Source of the DNA: Lama guanicoe
Lineage: Eukaryota
Direction: 5' to 3'
DNA length: 64,000 nucleotides
Assembly (NCBI GenBank): GCA_013239625.1
Contig: MU054212.1
Coordinates: 5,926,270 to 5,990,269, forward strand
Below, one piece after another: positions 62,724-64,000 of this stretch. The translations under genes and the position numbers were made by a program. Position 1 is the first letter of the stretch; each line of letters starts with the position of its first letter. Below the pieces are notes generated by a model. It ran no database searches. It was not told where the DNA came from and saw only the letters and a list, made by a program, of their open reading frames with translations.

Positions 62724-64000
62724 AGACTGCCAAAGCTAGAGTATATTTCCAAATCAATAAACAAGGCACGTTAAAAATCCTACCATTGGTCTCGATTCAA
62801 ATGAAAATAAAGTCCAATTTCTCTTCCTCCAAGTCACACTGGAAATTGCACTATAATTATAAATCATAATATCTGAGCAATTAACTTCATGATCAGGAAG
62901 GCAATATATTTAGCATGATTCCAGTGAAGAATTATCATCACTAGAAAGCTTCAAATATTTTAAAATAAAACAAGATAATGTTTCAATCAAGATATCATGT
63001 TATAGTAACAAACTTCATAGAGCTGCTTCACTGTGCAGATACTATAAAAAGACTTTTCATAAGTTTTAAATTCCATTGGCTAACATACAAGGCCATATGC
63101 TTTAGTAACTTTTATTGATCTTCTTAAGTGAATTACGATGTTATCTTTCTAATAATTAAAAACACCAAGTAACAAACTTAGGATCAACCTAGAACTCAGT
63201 CACATAGTGCAGACATAAAGAAACACATGACCCTGGTTGTTTTAAATAATCTGTCCATGCTGTCCATTTCTGTTCTAGAGGAAAAAAATTCTTCACCATG
63301 ATAGTCATCTCTATCTCTAATAAAACATGATGCTATAAACAAATTAATCTAGTTTTTAAAAGGTAAAATTAGTTCTATGAAAGATCAAATGATATGGGAT
63401 AACCAATTTGGAAAAGCAGTCCTGTCCAGTGCTCAAATTTCTCTCTAACCATTTGGAGTGTTTGTTAGAAATAAAGCTCCCAGGGTCCAGAATTACCTGA
63501 GGTATGTATTAAAAATCAATCAGGATCCCTGGTGAAAAGGCCTGTATCACCCGGAGTAAGGCTTAAACACGTTCACATTTGAAAACCATTGCTTGTAGTA
63601 ATTCTCTAAACACCCTTAACATTTGTTAACAAGCAAAACAGAATCTTTCTTTCATAATTAGTTCAACTTATATTAAATACAGCCTCTTTTATACAGCTTT
63701 CTAATTTATGCACAATTCATTCACGCACAGTAGAGTATACGTTTCATCCTTAATGAACATACAACACGAAGATCTGGCGGAGCCAAAGACTTTCACTAAC
63801 TCGAGTAATAAGTCACAAAAACAAAGATGCAAGCAACAAGTTATATTTATTACAGCCCTGGAAGAAAAAAACGTTAATTACAAACTTAAGATTGAAAATC
63901 ACTGTTACGTTTTCCTAAACATTCTGCAGCGCCACACAGCCAAAAATAAAACTGACAAACATTCTTGAAGCTATCTTCCCTCTTCTGAAGAGGGTTTTTG

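Overview
Mammalian genomic DNA, most likely camelid: three tRNA-derived SINE copies resemble the camelid Vic-1 type. The window holds the last coding exon and 3' end of transthyretin (TTR, + strand, 2504-2611). It also holds coding exons 2-9 and the long 3' UTR of beta-1,4-galactosyltransferase 6 (B4GALT6, - strand); exon 1 lies beyond position 64000. The two genes converge, with about 12 kb between their 3' ends. All eight B4GALT6 exons have canonical splice boundaries and join into one open frame. The rest is intron or intergenic DNA rich in repeats (MIR, L2, L1, MLT1, MER5, MADE2). The most notable structures are: (1) a near-identical ~1.8 kb tandem duplication just downstream of TTR; (2) a young solo ERV1-type LTR with a 67-bp CCAAT tandem array, nested in older repeats; (3) an internally deleted two-LTR class III provirus with a tRNA-Ser-like PBS and a protease remnant; (4) SINE insertions that bring poly(A) signals next to both genes; (5) a CpG-rich patch over an old L2. 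I found no evidence of a new protein-coding system; most listed ORFs are spurious. Repeat family names and cross-species comparisons come from recalled consensus sequences, not from a search.
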